A DNA stretch of 59,258 nucleotides from a virus (taxonomy: Duplodnaviria > Caudoviricetes), in IMG/VR virus record IMGVR_UViG_3300033153_002543, positions 1-59,258 of that record. One strand, given 5' to 3'. The notes beneath the pieces are model-generated. The model made no database searches. It was given only the letters and a program-made list of their open reading frames with translations, and was not told where the DNA came from. This document shows, piece by piece, positions 36,948 to 47,979 of this stretch (positions are counted from its first letter, which is position 1; every line of letters begins with the position of its first letter). A program made the position numbers and the translations under genes.

Positions 36948-37823
36948 ATGGATGTTAGAAAGTTATTAGAGAGTAAGAATATTGAGTTTAGGTCTCAAGG
37001 AAGAGACTATATTACTAAATGCCTAAACCCTGAACATGAAGATAGTAACCCCTCTATGAGAATAGATAAGATATCAGGATTATATGGATGTTTTAGTTGT
37101 GGTTTTGGTGGTGATATATATGATTACTTTAGTATCAATAAAGAAAAGATAATTGATATTAAGATAAATGAAATCAAGGAAAAAATACAGAATTTGTTAG
37201 CACAGAAATCTATACCAATGCCACTAGATGCGATACCCTTTAAATCTGAGTTTAGAAACATAAAGGGTTCAACATTCGAGCAATTCGGTGCTTTCACCAC
37301 GGAAAGCTTAAGAGGTATGGAAGGTAGAATTATATTCCCTATAAAAGATATACAGGGTGATATAATTGCTTTCCAAGGTAGATATATGTATTCGGACTTA
37401 GATCCTAAGTATAAATTCTACCCCGAACATACTACAGTACAGTTTCACCCATTAATACCTAAACCTATAAATAATAGTATTATTGTTGTTGAGGGTATAT
37501 TTGATATGATTAATCTGTGGGATAAAGGATTACAAAATGTAGTAACATCCTTTGGAATCAATCTAGGTACTGTCAAAAACCACACAAAGCGTAGTAAAGT
37601 AGTAGATAAATTCTTACCTTTCAAATTGCAGGGCATTGATACTATATGGATTATGTATGATGGTGATGAAAGGGGTAAGATAGCAGCAGAGGGATTAAAA
37701 GAAACATTATCCAAATCTCAAAAATTTTTAGTTGATACCATTGACTTAAGTGATGGTTCTGACCCAGGTGAATTTACATTAGAAGAAGTTAAAAGCTTAA
37801 AGGAATATTTATATGGCGAATAA
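36948..37823 (+). CDS. DNA primase
   Basis: CLNPEH.D.NPS...CFSCG zinc finger; TOPRIM VEGIFD and YDGD. Confidence 0.92.
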   Translation: MDVRKLLESKNIEFRSQGRDYITKCLNPEHEDSNPSMRIDKISGLYGCFSCGFGGDIYDYFSINKEKIIDIKINEIKEKIQNLLAQKSIPMPLDAIPFKSEFRNIKGSTFEQFGAFTTESLRGMEGRIIFPIKDIQGDIIAFQGRYMYSDLDPKYKFYPEHTTVQFHPLIPKPINNSIIVVEGIFDMINLWDKGLQNVVTSFGINLGTVKNHTKRSKVVDKFLPFKLQGIDTIWIMYDGDERGKIAAEGLKETLSKSQKFLVDTIDLSDGSDPGEFTLEEVKSLKEYLYGE

Positions 37824-39987
37824 TATTTGCATCGTTGAAAAGTACCCAACAAATTATAACTATGAGGCATTATTACCTTTTAGTTTTGATAGGTTATCTT
37901 TAGTAGATGAAAAAATGGATAAAGTACTAAAGAAAGATGTAACTTTAGATATTGATCTAGTTAGAGAAGAATATGAATATATTATTCTTATAGGTAAAGA
38001 ACCTAGTAAAATGGTTGGAAAAATAACCTCCGTTATGGAGTACCAAGGATATTTACTAGATGATAAATTTTTAGCTTTAATGAACCCAGTTGCAGTATCA
38101 CTAAGACCTTCATTAAAATCAGAATTTGATAAAGCTGTTAATGATATTATAATAACTATAAATGGTTTAGGCTCGGAAGTCGGAAATGATATAGAAATAT
38201 TGGCATTAGAAGATGAAAGGAGTATACTAAAGTACTTGGATGAATTAATTAGCGACAACCCTGAATTCATCACAATGGATACGGAAACATCAGCATTATA
38301 CCCTAGAGACGGTTATGTGCTAGGTATTTCTATATCCCATAAAGACGATCAGGGTGTTTATATGGATAGTCTTTATGTTACTGATATAGTAGCGGAAAAG
38401 TTACAGTACATATGTAATAAGTTTAAAGTTGTATTCCATAACGCTAAGTTTGATATTAAAATGTTATCTTACCATTTTGGATTAACCTTTCCAGATTGGG
38501 AAGATACTATGTTACTACACTTTAACTTAGATGAGAATAATCCACATGGTTTAAAATATTTAGCTATTAAGTATACTGATTTAGGTGACTATGATGCTGA
38601 ACTAGAAAAATTTAAAACACAGTATTGTAAAGACCATAAGATTAAAAAAGCAGATTTTACTTATGACTTAATACCTTTTGAAGTTATGTACCCTTATGCA
38701 GCTAAAGATACTGCAGCTACATTTGCGTTATACAAAAAGTTTATACCTGCAGTAACAAAGAACCCTAGATTGTTAAAAGTATATAATGAGTTACTAATCA
38801 GAGGAACTAAATTCCTAATTGATGTGGAAGAGACAGGTATACCTGTAAATAAAAACCTAATAACACACCATATTTTTAGAATAAGTGACGAAATAAAAAT
38901 ATTAACAGAATCATTATATAAGCATGATGAGGTTAAAAAAGTAGAAGAAGCTAAAAAGGCTTTATTCAACGTTAATAGTACACATCATTTAAGAATGTTA
39001 TTCTTTGATATACTTCAAATGCCTTGTTCTAAATTAACGGATACGGGTCAACCTAGTACAGATGCTGAAGTATTAGAAGAATTATCTGAAGCCCATCCCA
39101 TTGCTAGCACAATAAATACAATTAAAAAACTAAAGAAAATAAAAGCTACATACCTTGAAAAAATGCTAGTAGGGTGTGATATGGATGGCAGATTAAGAAC
39201 AGGATTCAACTTACATATTACAACGTCTGGAAGACTTAGTTCATCTGGTAAAATAAACGCACAGCAATTACCAAGAAAAGATAAAACTCCTAAGTTATGT
39301 ATTGAAGCTAAGGAAGGATTCAGTATAGTAAGTCAAGATTTACGTACTGCTGAAATGTATATTGCTAGTATTTTATCTGGTGATAAAGTACTACAGAAGA
39401 TATTTATAGATGGGGTTGATTATCACGGCTCAATGGCAGTAATGAAATTTGGTCTAACATGTACACCTAATGAGGTTGCTAAGTTATTTCCAGATTTGAG
39501 ACAGGCTGCAAAGACAGTTTCATTTGAGATATTATATAAGTTAAACTACAGAGAACCTGCACTTGAAAAGTTCAAAAGACTAAAAAGATGGCTACAAGAG
39601 CAAGAAGAATGGATTAAAGCTAAAGGCTATATTTATTCAGGTTTTGGTAGAAAACGCAGAGTACCAGATGTATTCTCTCCAAATAGGAAAGAAGCACAAC
39701 ATCAAGTACGTAGTGCTATTAACTTTCTAGTTCAGAGTGTATCTAGTGACGTTAATCTACTGGCAGGTATTGATATGCAAGATTGGATCGTTGCAAATAA
39801 TCACACTGAAAATATGAAGATATTTGGTTTAGTACATGACTCAATATTATCAGAAGTGAAAGATGAACATATAGATTTATACTTGGAAAAGTTAGCTTAC
39901 TTTACACAAATGGATAGAGGTGTTTCAATACCAGGCCACCCTATAGGTTTAGATGTAGAAGTAGGTAAGAATTATGCTTTCCAATAG
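37813..39987 (+). CDS. polA: family A DNA polymerase with 3'-5' exonuclease
   Basis: DTET, HNAKFD, YAAKD, TTSGRLSS, DLRTAE (motif A), RQAAK (motif B), VHDS (motif C). Confidence 0.95.
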   Translation: MANNICIVEKYPTNYNYEALLPFSFDRLSLVDEKMDKVLKKDVTLDIDLVREEYEYIILIGKEPSKMVGKITSVMEYQGYLLDDKFLALMNPVAVSLRPSLKSEFDKAVNDIIITINGLGSEVGNDIEILALEDERSILKYLDELISDNPEFITMDTETSALYPRDGYVLGISISHKDDQGVYMDSLYVTDIVAEKLQYICNKFKVVFHNAKFDIKMLSYHFGLTFPDWEDTMLLHFNLDENNPHGLKYLAIKYTDLGDYDAELEKFKTQYCKDHKIKKADFTYDLIPFEVMYPYAAKDTAATFALYKKFIPAVTKNPRLLKVYNELLIRGTKFLIDVEETGIPVNKNLITHHIFRISDEIKILTESLYKHDEVKKVEEAKKALFNVNSTHHLRMLFFDILQMPCSKLTDTGQPSTDAEVLEELSEAHPIASTINTIKKLKKIKATYLEKMLVGCDMDGRLRTGFNLHITTSGRLSSSGKINAQQLPRKDKTPKLCIEAKEGFSIVSQDLRTAEMYIASILSGDKVLQKIFIDGVDYHGSMAVMKFGLTCTPNEVAKLFPDLRQAAKTVSFEILYKLNYREPALEKFKRLKRWLQEQEEWIKAKGYIYSGFGRKRRVPDVFSPNRKEAQHQVRSAINFLVQSVSSDVNLLAGIDMQDWIVANNHTENMKIFGLVHDSILSEVKDEHIDLYLEKLAYFTQMDRGVSIPGHPIGLDVEVGKNYAFQ

Positions 39988-40480
39988 AGATTTTTCGGAT
40001 ATAGAGTTTCCCATATTCTCTATAACTTCAAGTTATAAACGAATATGGGACGAATTAAATGTCAAGTATATACAAACCGAAAGTGGTACATATATACTTG
40101 ACAATATGAATCTACCTGGTGAAACATTAGGTGAACGTAGATTACATATAAAAACAGGTTTGCGGTACATTCCTCGAAAAGCATACTATAATATTACGCA
40201 GCTCATAAAAAGTAATAACAAGACGTATATCGACAGCACAGGATGTGTTTTTACTTACAAGAAAACAAGGATGGTTCCTTTAAAGTATTACAAAGTCATG
40301 GATGTAGTTAGCACGGAGGAGGGATGTACCCTTTTAATTAAAGGTATTAATTTTAAAATAAGAATGAATTGTAGAGAAGCTTACAATATTAATTATGTTG
40401 GTGTACTTGAGACAGATATGGGATATATCCTATATGATACAAGTGAAACTAAACTCAAGGACACACGTAGGAAAATATGA
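39974..40480 (+). CDS. conserved T5-like hypothetical protein
   Basis: Syntenic between polymerase and D10; ends DTRRKI. Confidence 0.7.
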   Translation: MLSNRDFSDIEFPIFSITSSYKRIWDELNVKYIQTESGTYILDNMNLPGETLGERRLHIKTGLRYIPRKAYYNITQLIKSNNKTYIDSTGCVFTYKKTRMVPLKYYKVMDVVSTEEGCTLLIKGINFKIRMNCREAYNINYVGVLETDMGYILYDTSETKLKDTRRKI

Positions 40481-41739
40481 AAAAAGCCGTTATCAGTAAC
40501 AGAATATATCTTAGCAGGACTAAAGAATTACACTTAGATCTTATGGAAGAGCTAACATATAGATTACCCCCTAAGAGACCTGGTGGTGAGTACGAGATAG
40601 TTACAGATGTTACTAGGATTAATAAAGATATATTAACAATTCCTTCTGGCAGGGTGGATTTAATACCAAAAGATTATGAAGTAGTAGATAAACGAGTTAA
40701 AGTACCTGCATTATTCCCTAAGTTTAAATTTACCTTAAGGGAGTCGCAGCAGGAGATATATGAAGATATTGATGATAATTGCATTATAGTAGCCAACCCT
40801 AGTTGGGGTAAAACTTTTATGGGTGTTGCTATAGCTACTAAACTAAAGCAGAAGACTTTAGTTATTGTACACACTAAATTCTTATTGGATCAGTGGGTTG
40901 AAGAAATAAAGAAAACATTAGGTATTGATGCAGGTATTATAGGTGGTGGTAAGTACAAAATTAACTCACCTATAGTAGTAGGCTTAATACAAACACTAAG
41001 AAATAAAGGTAAAGACTTAGTTTCTGAGTTTGGACTACTATTAGTAGATGAAGCACACCATCAACCTGCAAAAGTATTCAAATCAATTATTGATGCATCT
41101 AAAGCTAGATACAAGATAGGGCTAACGGCGACACCTTGGCGCAAAGATGGCCGGCATATTATGTTACCAGATTACTTTAGTAAGGCTGAATATAAACCTA
41201 AAGATGAAAATGAAATGCAACCCACCATAATTATGGTAAATACTGACATTAAATTGGATTCTTCATCTAATGTGCCTTGGGGTAAGAAGATAAGTGACTT
41301 AGTTGGTAAAACAGAATATCTTGAGTTAGTATTAAATCTATCTCAAGCACAGGCAGAGAGAGGATTTAAAGTACTCGCTGTTGCTGATCGTACCGAATTT
41401 CTTGAAACTTGCGCCGAAGTCCTCGATAATTCTATGTGCATAATAGGCACAACTGAAGATAGAGACTTTCTAGCAAGCGGAAAAGACATATGTTTTGGTT
41501 CTATAAAGATATTCTCAGAGGGTGTTAATATGCCACCACTTAGTTGTTTAATTTTAGCAACTCCAACAAATAACAGCGGACTATTAAAGCAATTAATAGG
41601 TCGTGTTACTAGACCTTACGAAGGTAAGGCAACACCCGAAATAATAGATATTATATTGAGTGGAAGAACTGGAAAGAATCAGGCTTCTCAAAGAATAAAA
41701 TATTATATGGAACAGGGTTATAATATAAGGTATATATGA
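40477..41739 (+). CDS. SF2 helicase (T5 D10-like)
   Basis: WGKT, DEAH, GLTAT, QLIGRV. Confidence 0.92.
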   Translation: MKKAVISNRIYLSRTKELHLDLMEELTYRLPPKRPGGEYEIVTDVTRINKDILTIPSGRVDLIPKDYEVVDKRVKVPALFPKFKFTLRESQQEIYEDIDDNCIIVANPSWGKTFMGVAIATKLKQKTLVIVHTKFLLDQWVEEIKKTLGIDAGIIGGGKYKINSPIVVGLIQTLRNKGKDLVSEFGLLLVDEAHHQPAKVFKSIIDASKARYKIGLTATPWRKDGRHIMLPDYFSKAEYKPKDENEMQPTIIMVNTDIKLDSSSNVPWGKKISDLVGKTEYLELVLNLSQAQAERGFKVLAVADRTEFLETCAEVLDNSMCIIGTTEDRDFLASGKDICFGSIKIFSEGVNMPPLSCLILATPTNNSGLLKQLIGRVTRPYEGKATPEIIDIILSGRTGKNQASQRIKYYMEQGYNIRYI

Positions 41740-42164
41740 TAAAATATAACTGGGATGATATTAGAAAATATACAAAGGATAAGCCTGAATTAATATTAGA
41801 TTATTTTAGAAATATCTATGTATTAAAAGGTGAAATGTATACATATATGCAAGCAAATAAATTTGCTAGGGATATAATAAATAAAAAAGGGATTAAATCA
41901 AGTTATATATTAAATATAGATGATTTGATAATTAATAGAGAGAGGGCTTCGGAAATGGAGCAATTCGTTTACTTGGATTTAGCAAGTAAGAGGGATGCCT
42001 TTTCTCTGTTTAATAGTAAAGGTCGTAAACGTTACCTCCATGAGTGGGAACTCGGTAATGACTACGATATTGATAAATTAAAGATAAACAAATTGTTAAT
42101 AATAAGTGACAAAAAAATTTATTTTATATATGAAGAAGGAGATGAAGATGGGATTAGCATTTAA
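41736..42164 (+). CDS. hypothetical protein
   Basis: 142 aa ORF, syntenic between D10 and D11. Confidence 0.65.
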   Translation: MIKYNWDDIRKYTKDKPELILDYFRNIYVLKGEMYTYMQANKFARDIINKKGIKSSYILNIDDLIINRERASEMEQFVYLDLASKRDAFSLFNSKGRKRYLHEWELGNDYDIDKLKINKLLIISDKKIYFIYEEGDEDGISI

Positions 42165-42828
42165 CACAGCTAATGGTTCAGCTAAGAAAAGTGGGCTAGA
42201 GTATATTAAATTAGACTTAGGTGAAACTAAATTTAGAATGGTAGGTGAATTATTACCTAGATACTGTTATTGGAAAAAATTAGGGGATCATAATATCCCT
42301 GTAGAATGTATTTCATTCGATAGAAATAAAGAAAGATTTACTAATGTTGAAAAAGATTGGTTCAAACATTATTTCCCAGATGAGAAGTGTGTATGGTCTT
42401 ATGTTATTCAAGTAATTGATAGCAAAGATGGTAAACTAAAATTAATGGGTCTTAAGAAGAAATTATTTGATCAAATTCAAGATTTAGCAGGTGAATTAGG
42501 AGATCCTACAGATATTGTCAAAGGTTGGGACGTTGTAGTAGAGAAGAAGAAGACCGGACCACATATCTTTAACATTGAATATAAGTTAAAAGAACGTGCT
42601 ATTAATGTACGTGAATTAACAGACGATGAAAAAGATGCTATCAAAGATATGAAACCTATTGATGAATTAATTCCTAGACAAGATGCTGATGAACAACAAG
42701 CATTTATTGAGCAAAATTGGGTTAATAAAACAGAAGAAAATGCTGATAATGAAGCTATTGACGAGTTTGCATCTGATGATTCAGAAGTTAAACCTAACAA
42801 TGACTTTGATGACGACATAAAATTCTAA
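42148..42828 (+). CDS. T5 D11-like single-stranded DNA-binding protein
   Basis: LPRYCYW...ECISFDR...LKKKLF...GDPTD...GWD...KKTGP; acidic tail ending in F. Confidence 0.85.
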   Translation: MGLAFNTANGSAKKSGLEYIKLDLGETKFRMVGELLPRYCYWKKLGDHNIPVECISFDRNKERFTNVEKDWFKHYFPDEKCVWSYVIQVIDSKDGKLKLMGLKKKLFDQIQDLAGELGDPTDIVKGWDVVVEKKKTGPHIFNIEYKLKERAINVRELTDDEKDAIKDMKPIDELIPRQDADEQQAFIEQNWVNKTEENADNEAIDEFASDDSEVKPNNDFDDDIKF

Positions 42829-42870
42829 GTTATAATGAGAGAGGTTAATAGCTTCTCTCATTTTTTATTT

Positions 42871-43821
42871 ATGAAAATACTATTTAGTGCGGATCATCAC
42901 ATAAAACTAGGTCAGAAGAATGTGCCAAAAGATTGGCAGAAAAATAGATATAGTATGCTATGGGAAAAATTACATAATCTTGAAGAAGATTGTGGTATTC
43001 ACATAATGGGTGGTGATATTTTTGATAAAATACCTACCCCTGAAGAGTTAGCTATGTACTTTGAATTTATAGCAGGATGTAAAATACCTACCTTTATATA
43101 TGATGGTAACCATGAAGCCTTAAAGAAAGGACAAACATTTCTAAAATATTTAGAGAGAGTTAGTAATGATATAAATAGTAATGTACATGTAATCAATGGA
43201 ATTAATGAAATTGGTGAGGTTGACATTATACCTTATACACACTTAAAAACGTTTAAACCTGAAGATTTTGATAATAAAATTCTATGTACTCATGTAAGAG
43301 GTAATATACCTCCCTATGTTATAGAAGAAATTGATTTAACTAAATTTGAAGGTTGGGAAGTGGTATTAGCTGGTGATTTACATTCTTATGAAAATAGTCA
43401 AGGTAATATATTATATCCAGGCAGCCCATTATCAATTACATTCCATAGGAATAAGGTAGATAATGGTGTAATTGTGTTTGATACTGAAACAATGAAGCAT
43501 GAATTCATTAAATTAGGGTTACCACAATTAATTAGAAAAACAGTAAGTAGTAAGGATGAAATTATTCCTACGGAATATGATCATACTATTTATGAAATTA
43601 CAGGTAACCTATTAGAGTTATCTGATATAGATACAACATCTGAATTTATAGATAAGAAAATAGTAAATAAACAATCTGAAAGTATCCTTGACTTGAAAGG
43701 TAAAACTTTAAGTGAAGAACTAGGTGAGTATTTATCTACTATTCTAAGTATAGAAGAAGATGATGTTCTAGATATATTGAAGGTTTTTAATGATTATAGT
43801 AAAGAGTTTGAGATGGAGTAA
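42871..43821 (+). CDS. SbcD/Mre11-like nuclease (T5 D12-like)
   Basis: SADHH, GGDIFD, GNHE, AGDLH, YPGSP. Confidence 0.9.
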   Translation: MKILFSADHHIKLGQKNVPKDWQKNRYSMLWEKLHNLEEDCGIHIMGGDIFDKIPTPEELAMYFEFIAGCKIPTFIYDGNHEALKKGQTFLKYLERVSNDINSNVHVINGINEIGEVDIIPYTHLKTFKPEDFDNKILCTHVRGNIPPYVIEEIDLTKFEGWEVVLAGDLHSYENSQGNILYPGSPLSITFHRNKVDNGVIVFDTETMKHEFIKLGLPQLIRKTVSSKDEIIPTEYDHTIYEITGNLLELSDIDTTSEFIDKKIVNKQSESILDLKGKTLSEELGEYLSTILSIEEDDVLDILKVFNDYSKEFEME

Positions 43822-45634
43822 TTGGTTCTCTTACGGAGAAGATAATTATATAAATCTAGAAGAGACCCCATTAATGCAGATCGCAGGTATTAATGGTAGT
43901 GGTAAGAGTTCTATACCTCTAATTATAGAAGAAGTTCTCTATGGAAAAAACCACATTGGAAAGAAGAAACAAACATTAGTTAATAGGTATTTAGATAATC
44001 CTCTGCTTACAGCAGAATTAATCTTTTCTAAAGATAATGTAGAGTATAAAATAAAGATTTCTCGTAAAAGCACAATTAAAATTCAATTTTTAAAAGGGAA
44101 AGAGGATCTATCCTCACATACAGCAACTAATACTTACAAAGCAATTCAGGACGTATTAGGTATTGATTTTAAGGTATTTGTGCAATTAATCTATCAAAGT
44201 TCTAAAATTAACTTAGAGTTTCTTGAGGCAACAGATACTAATAGGAAGAAGTTTCTAATTAGCTTGTTTAAATTAGATAAATATTTGGAAATACATAATG
44301 TATTTAAGAAAGCAGAATCTAAAGTAAACACTCAATTAGCTACCTTACATGGTAACTTAGCTACTATAGAGAAATGGATTGATAATTATATTAATAAGAA
44401 GTTAGTTATATTAGAGAAAAAAGAAATTGTTGCTGTAAATAAAGAAGATATAGATAAATTAGTAAAGTATAAATCCGAACTTCTAAACATTAAGGAAACA
44501 AATAGTAAGATTAATAAAAATAATCAGTATAAAGAACTATTAAGTAATTTAGACCTTTCTGTTTTATCTTATGACGAAGTACTGCCTAAAGATAAACAAG
44601 ATAACCTAGCTAAGCGTAAAAAGTATCAGCACAAGGTGACGGAGTATAAAACTAAAATTAATGGACATTCATCAGTATTAACTAAATTGAATATGTTAAC
44701 TGCGGAATGTCCTGCGTGTTTCCAGCAAATAAACAGCGACATAAAAGAAAGTATGATCAAAGATAAAGAGTCTAGTATTAAAGAACTTAAAGACTTGTCT
44801 AATAAAGCTTCCACTATTATATCTGATATTGAAAGTATGCTAACTAATTATGCTATTATAGAAGATAAGATAGCTAAGAAAGATAAAGTATCTGATGAGT
44901 TTTCAAAGCTGCAAATAATGATAAGTAAGGATACACCTTCCGAAACAATAGTAGCAGAAGATATTATAAAAGATATCAATATACTAGAAAATGAGATAGA
45001 AAGTGTATCTAATAACATAAAGAAAATATCTGAATACAACTCAAAGGTTGAGGGTAATAATACTAAAGTACAAGTAATCAAAGAACAACTTGTAGATTAT
45101 AAGAAGCAAGCTGAAGATGTCAGAGAAGAAGTATTTAATATAGAAGAGCAACAGGGTAAGTTAAATATATTAAAGAAAGCTTTTAGTACTAATGGATTAT
45201 TAAACTATAAACTTGAGTATTTGATAAAAGACTTAGAAGAACAAATAAATAATTACTTGCAAGAACTTTCTTCAGGTAAGTTTCAAATAGTATTTGTATT
45301 ACAAGAAGAAAAGTTAAATATTGAAATACTAGACGAAGGTATCTCAGTGACTATAGCAGAGCTATCGGCTGGTGAGCTTGCAAGAATTAATGCAGCAACG
45401 CTCTTAGCTATTAGAAAGCTTATGGCAGCTATTTCATCAACAAATCTAAATATATTATTCTTAGATGAAATATTAGGCGTTTTAGATGATAATGGTAAAG
45501 AAAAGCTAATAGAAGTACTACATGCTGAAAAGGGTTTAAATACCTTTCTAGTAAGTCATGAGTATAGCCACCCATTAATACCAAAGATAAATGTTATTAA
45601 AGAGGGTAAGATAAGTAGGTTAGAGAATGGTTGA
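43790..45634 (+). CDS. SbcC/Rad50-like ATPase (T5 D13-like)
   Basis: GINGSGKSS, CPAC hook, LSAGE, LFLDE. Confidence 0.92.
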   Translation: MIIVKSLRWSNWFSYGEDNYINLEETPLMQIAGINGSGKSSIPLIIEEVLYGKNHIGKKKQTLVNRYLDNPLLTAELIFSKDNVEYKIKISRKSTIKIQFLKGKEDLSSHTATNTYKAIQDVLGIDFKVFVQLIYQSSKINLEFLEATDTNRKKFLISLFKLDKYLEIHNVFKKAESKVNTQLATLHGNLATIEKWIDNYINKKLVILEKKEIVAVNKEDIDKLVKYKSELLNIKETNSKINKNNQYKELLSNLDLSVLSYDEVLPKDKQDNLAKRKKYQHKVTEYKTKINGHSSVLTKLNMLTAECPACFQQINSDIKESMIKDKESSIKELKDLSNKASTIISDIESMLTNYAIIEDKIAKKDKVSDEFSKLQIMISKDTPSETIVAEDIIKDINILENEIESVSNNIKKISEYNSKVEGNNTKVQVIKEQLVDYKKQAEDVREEVFNIEEQQGKLNILKKAFSTNGLLNYKLEYLIKDLEEQINNYLQELSSGKFQIVFVLQEEKLNIEILDEGISVTIAELSAGELARINAATLLAIRKLMAAISSTNLNILFLDEILGVLDDNGKEKLIEVLHAEKGLNTFLVSHEYSHPLIPKINVIKEGKISRLENG

Positions 45635-46295
45635 TAATTTAATACATTGCTGTTATTTATTAAAAAATAGTGTAACTAATGAGACATATATTGGGGTTAC
45701 TAGTAACTTTAAGAAACGTATGGTAAGGCATAGCTCAGGAAATAATAAACTATTAAAATTAGCTATCCAACTAGATACATGGGATGTTTTTAGTAGTACT
45801 ATTTTATTTTATGGTAGTAAAAACTACTGCTATTTTATGGAACCTATTTTAATAAAGTACTATAAACCTTATTATAATATCTCAAAAGGTGGTGTTCTAG
45901 GGGGTGGTTGTTCTGGTGAGAGTATTTGGAATTCAAAACTTACTAATAGTATTGTTAAGGAACTACGATTTGAGTATTATAAAGGCAATATTTCTCAAAG
46001 AAATTTAGCTACTAAATATAACGTTAAACAAAGTACTTTATGGGATGCTTTACAGGGTAATACATGGAGAGATGCAGAAGGCCCTATAGCTAAATATGTT
46101 AAACCAGGCTCCAGTAAATTAGATGAAAAATCAGTTATAGAAATAAGAGAAACATATATGAACGAAAAAATAACATTAATAAAATTAGGTACTAGATATA
46201 ATGTATCATATGGCACTATAAGTAATATTATAAATGGTAAGGTTTACAAAAACTTTGGTGGCCCTATAAAAGGTATAAACTATGGTAGACAGTAG
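45627..46295 (+). CDS. GIY-YIG homing endonuclease with repeated C-terminal HTH-like domains
   Basis: CYLLKN...YIGVT...R...E...YN; two SKL...V.E.R...LA.KYNV repeats. Confidence 0.8.
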   Translation: MVDNLIHCCYLLKNSVTNETYIGVTSNFKKRMVRHSSGNNKLLKLAIQLDTWDVFSSTILFYGSKNYCYFMEPILIKYYKPYYNISKGGVLGGGCSGESIWNSKLTNSIVKELRFEYYKGNISQRNLATKYNVKQSTLWDALQGNTWRDAEGPIAKYVKPGSSKLDEKSVIEIRETYMNEKITLIKLGTRYNVSYGTISNIINGKVYKNFGGPIKGINYGRQ

Positions 46296-46737
46296 AGCTA
46301 AAGGTGCAAGAGCTGAAAGTAAGCTAAAGGAAGTTCTTACAAAATATACAAAATTAAATTGGCAAAGAATACCTGCTTCTGGTGCTTTAGATGAGGTTCA
46401 CGGGCTAAAAGGAGATGTATACATCCCCAATGAGAATAATAAATACTGCGTAGAAGTAAAATCCTATAAAGATTCTGCTATAAATCATCTATTAGTAAGT
46501 GGTGTTGGTAAACCTCTAGTAGAATGGATTGAACAAACTATAAGACAAGGAATACAGGTAAATAAAAACCCTCTTCTTATATTTAAACACGATAAAAGTA
46601 AGTTCTATGTATGTAGTTGGGATGAACCCTTAGAATGTTCTAAGTATATAATGTATGTATATGATACTGAAGAAATGCCAGTATATATAACCAATCTAGA
46701 AGAATGGTTAAAAAAGGAAAAGGTAGATTTTATATAA
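46282..46737 (+). CDS. T5 D14-like nuclease (Holliday junction resolvase-like)
   Basis: MVDSRAKGARAE...RIPASGA...KGD...VEVK. Confidence 0.85.
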   Translation: MVDSRAKGARAESKLKEVLTKYTKLNWQRIPASGALDEVHGLKGDVYIPNENNKYCVEVKSYKDSAINHLLVSGVGKPLVEWIEQTIRQGIQVNKNPLLIFKHDKSKFYVCSWDEPLECSKYIMYVYDTEEMPVYITNLEEWLKKEKVDFI

Positions 46738-47558
46738 TGGAATTTATGGATACAATGAAAGGTAGGGATAACCTACTAATAATAGACTTATTAAACCTGA
46801 GCTTTAGGTTTAAATATGCAAATAAGAAGAACTTTGCCGCTGAACTAATCTCAACAATACAATCCTTTGCTAGATCATATAAAGCTAGTCAAGTTATTAT
46901 AGCTTGTGATTGGGGTAGTGCTTGGAGAAAGGAAATATACCCAGACTACAAAGCTAATAGAGTTGCGCTGAGAGAAAAGCAAACAGAGGCTGAAGCAGAT
47001 GAATTTAAGGAATTCCTTGATGAAGTTGGAGTTGCTACAGAATTAATGCAAGATATGTATACTGTATTTAAGTTTAAAGGTGTTGAAGCTGATGATATAG
47101 CAGCATATATTATAAAACATTATAAAGATAGATATGCACATAGTTGGCTTATTTCAACAGATAAAGATTGGGACTTACTAATTGCAGATAATGTATCTAG
47201 GTTTGCATATACAAGTAGAAAAGAAATTACTCTTAATACTTGGGATCAGTTTTACGACTATGCACCAGAGCAGCATATAAGTATAAAAGTAATAATGGGT
47301 GATAAAGGAGATAACGTCCCTGGTGTTGATGGTATTGGTGAGAAAAGAGCTAATACAATACTAAGGGACTATGAAACAGCGTATGATGTATATGCGAGTT
47401 TACCAATAGAAAGTAAATATAAGTATATTCAGAATTTGAATGGGTTTGGTGAACAATTATTACTAAACTACGAGCTTATGGACTTGCTCACTTACTGTGA
47501 GGATGCCATAGGAAAAGACAATATAATAGAAATAGACGAGGTACTAAATGACAGTTAA
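46737..47558 (+). CDS. flap endonuclease (T5 D15-like)
   Basis: IDLLNL, YKANR, EADD, STDKDW, GDKGDNVPGVDGIGEK. Confidence 0.92.
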   Translation: MEFMDTMKGRDNLLIIDLLNLSFRFKYANKKNFAAELISTIQSFARSYKASQVIIACDWGSAWRKEIYPDYKANRVALREKQTEAEADEFKEFLDEVGVATELMQDMYTVFKFKGVEADDIAAYIIKHYKDRYAHSWLISTDKDWDLLIADNVSRFAYTSRKEITLNTWDQFYDYAPEQHISIKVIMGDKGDNVPGVDGIGEKRANTILRDYETAYDVYASLPIESKYKYIQNLNGFGEQLLLNYELMDLLTYCEDAIGKDNIIEIDEVLNDS

Positions 47559-47979
47559 AATAGTTTTAGATAATCCAGAGTGTGAACCCTATAAAGGTAA
47601 TCGTTGGGATGGGGGTTGGGACTTACGTTCTAATAATCCTGATATAACAATAGAGCCAGGGCAGAAAGTAAAAGTATACACAGGTGTATCTATGGAAATA
47701 CCTGTGAGACATGTAGGTATGGTAGTACCGCGTAGTGGTTTAGGTTCTAAATATAGACTAACATTGGCTAACACCGTAGGTGTAATTGACTCTGATTACC
47801 GTGGTGAGATTATAGTTAACCTAGTTAATGATGGTGATGAAAGTGTAGAGATTAAACAGTTTGATAGATTTTGTCAGATTATGCTAGTACCTATTAGAAT
47901 AGATACTTTTAGAATAGTTGATAGATTACAAGAAACTAAACGGGGGCATGATGGGTTCGGAAGCAGTGGTGTTAAATAA
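47548..47979 (+). CDS. dut: dUTPase
   Basis: GWDL, PRSGLG, GVIDSDYRGE, RGHDGFGSSG. Confidence 0.95.
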   Translation: MTVKIVLDNPECEPYKGNRWDGGWDLRSNNPDITIEPGQKVKVYTGVSMEIPVRHVGMVVPRSGLGSKYRLTLANTVGVIDSDYRGEIIVNLVNDGDESVEIKQFDRFCQIMLVPIRIDTFRIVDRLQETKRGHDGFGSSGVK

